Source of the DNA: Macrostomum lignano
Taxonomy: Eukaryota
Length of the DNA stretch: 64,000 bases
Assembly (NCBI GenBank): GCA_002269645.1
Contig: NIVC01000023.1
Span: 1,449,713-1,513,712, forward strand
Direction: 5' to 3'
Shown in pieces: positions 63,871-64,000 of this stretch. Under the pieces are notes generated by a model, which did not search any database, was not told the origin of the DNA, and worked only from the letters and a program-made list of their open reading frames with translations. Positions within the stretch are counted from its first letter, which is position 1. Every line of letters begins with the position of its first letter. The translations under genes were made by a program, and so were the position numbers.

Positions 63871-64000
63871 AAACCCAAATCAAGGCACTATTTTGGATCA
63901 AATATTAGGATTCTTAAAGACAATTGAGAGTATTTCAACAGTTTAAACCAATTATAATTAGGGAACTTCCAAAACTACGAGTAAATATAGACTATATATA

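Overview
Intron-rich eukaryotic (metazoan) genomic DNA. The poly-Q exons, minisatellite-filled introns and lophotrochozoan-type thyroid hormone receptor suggest a free-living flatworm such as Macrostomum; this is an inference, not a demonstration. Five host genes can be built by hand, all on the minus strand. (1) An LRIG/lambik-type LRR-3xIg-TM receptor (3114-9135, N-terminus unresolved). (2) A RING-HC plus coiled-coil protein (24428-26525). (3) A small orphan two-exon gene (27512-28654). (4) An intact 9-exon, 802-aa thyroid hormone receptor orthologue (43439-53387). (5) A Q/P/H-rich protein with a Mastermind-like N-terminal helix (59759-62926), which carries three single-base frameshifts. The middle of the window holds a nested transposon cluster: a Gypsy remnant invaded by an RNase H-bearing LINE fragment and by a full-length but decayed Copia with 223-bp LTRs and a CCGGT target-site duplication. 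There is also a hAT-type non-autonomous element and a CORE-SINE. Thirteen of the 16 introns I could define carry their own tandem repeat, and these explain most long ORFs in the ORF track. The strongest lead is that the TR ligand-binding domain appears to have a reversed coactivator charge clamp (helix 3 K->E with helix 12 E->K), plus changes at T3-contact residues. No CRISPR array, rRNA or intact tRNA gene was found.
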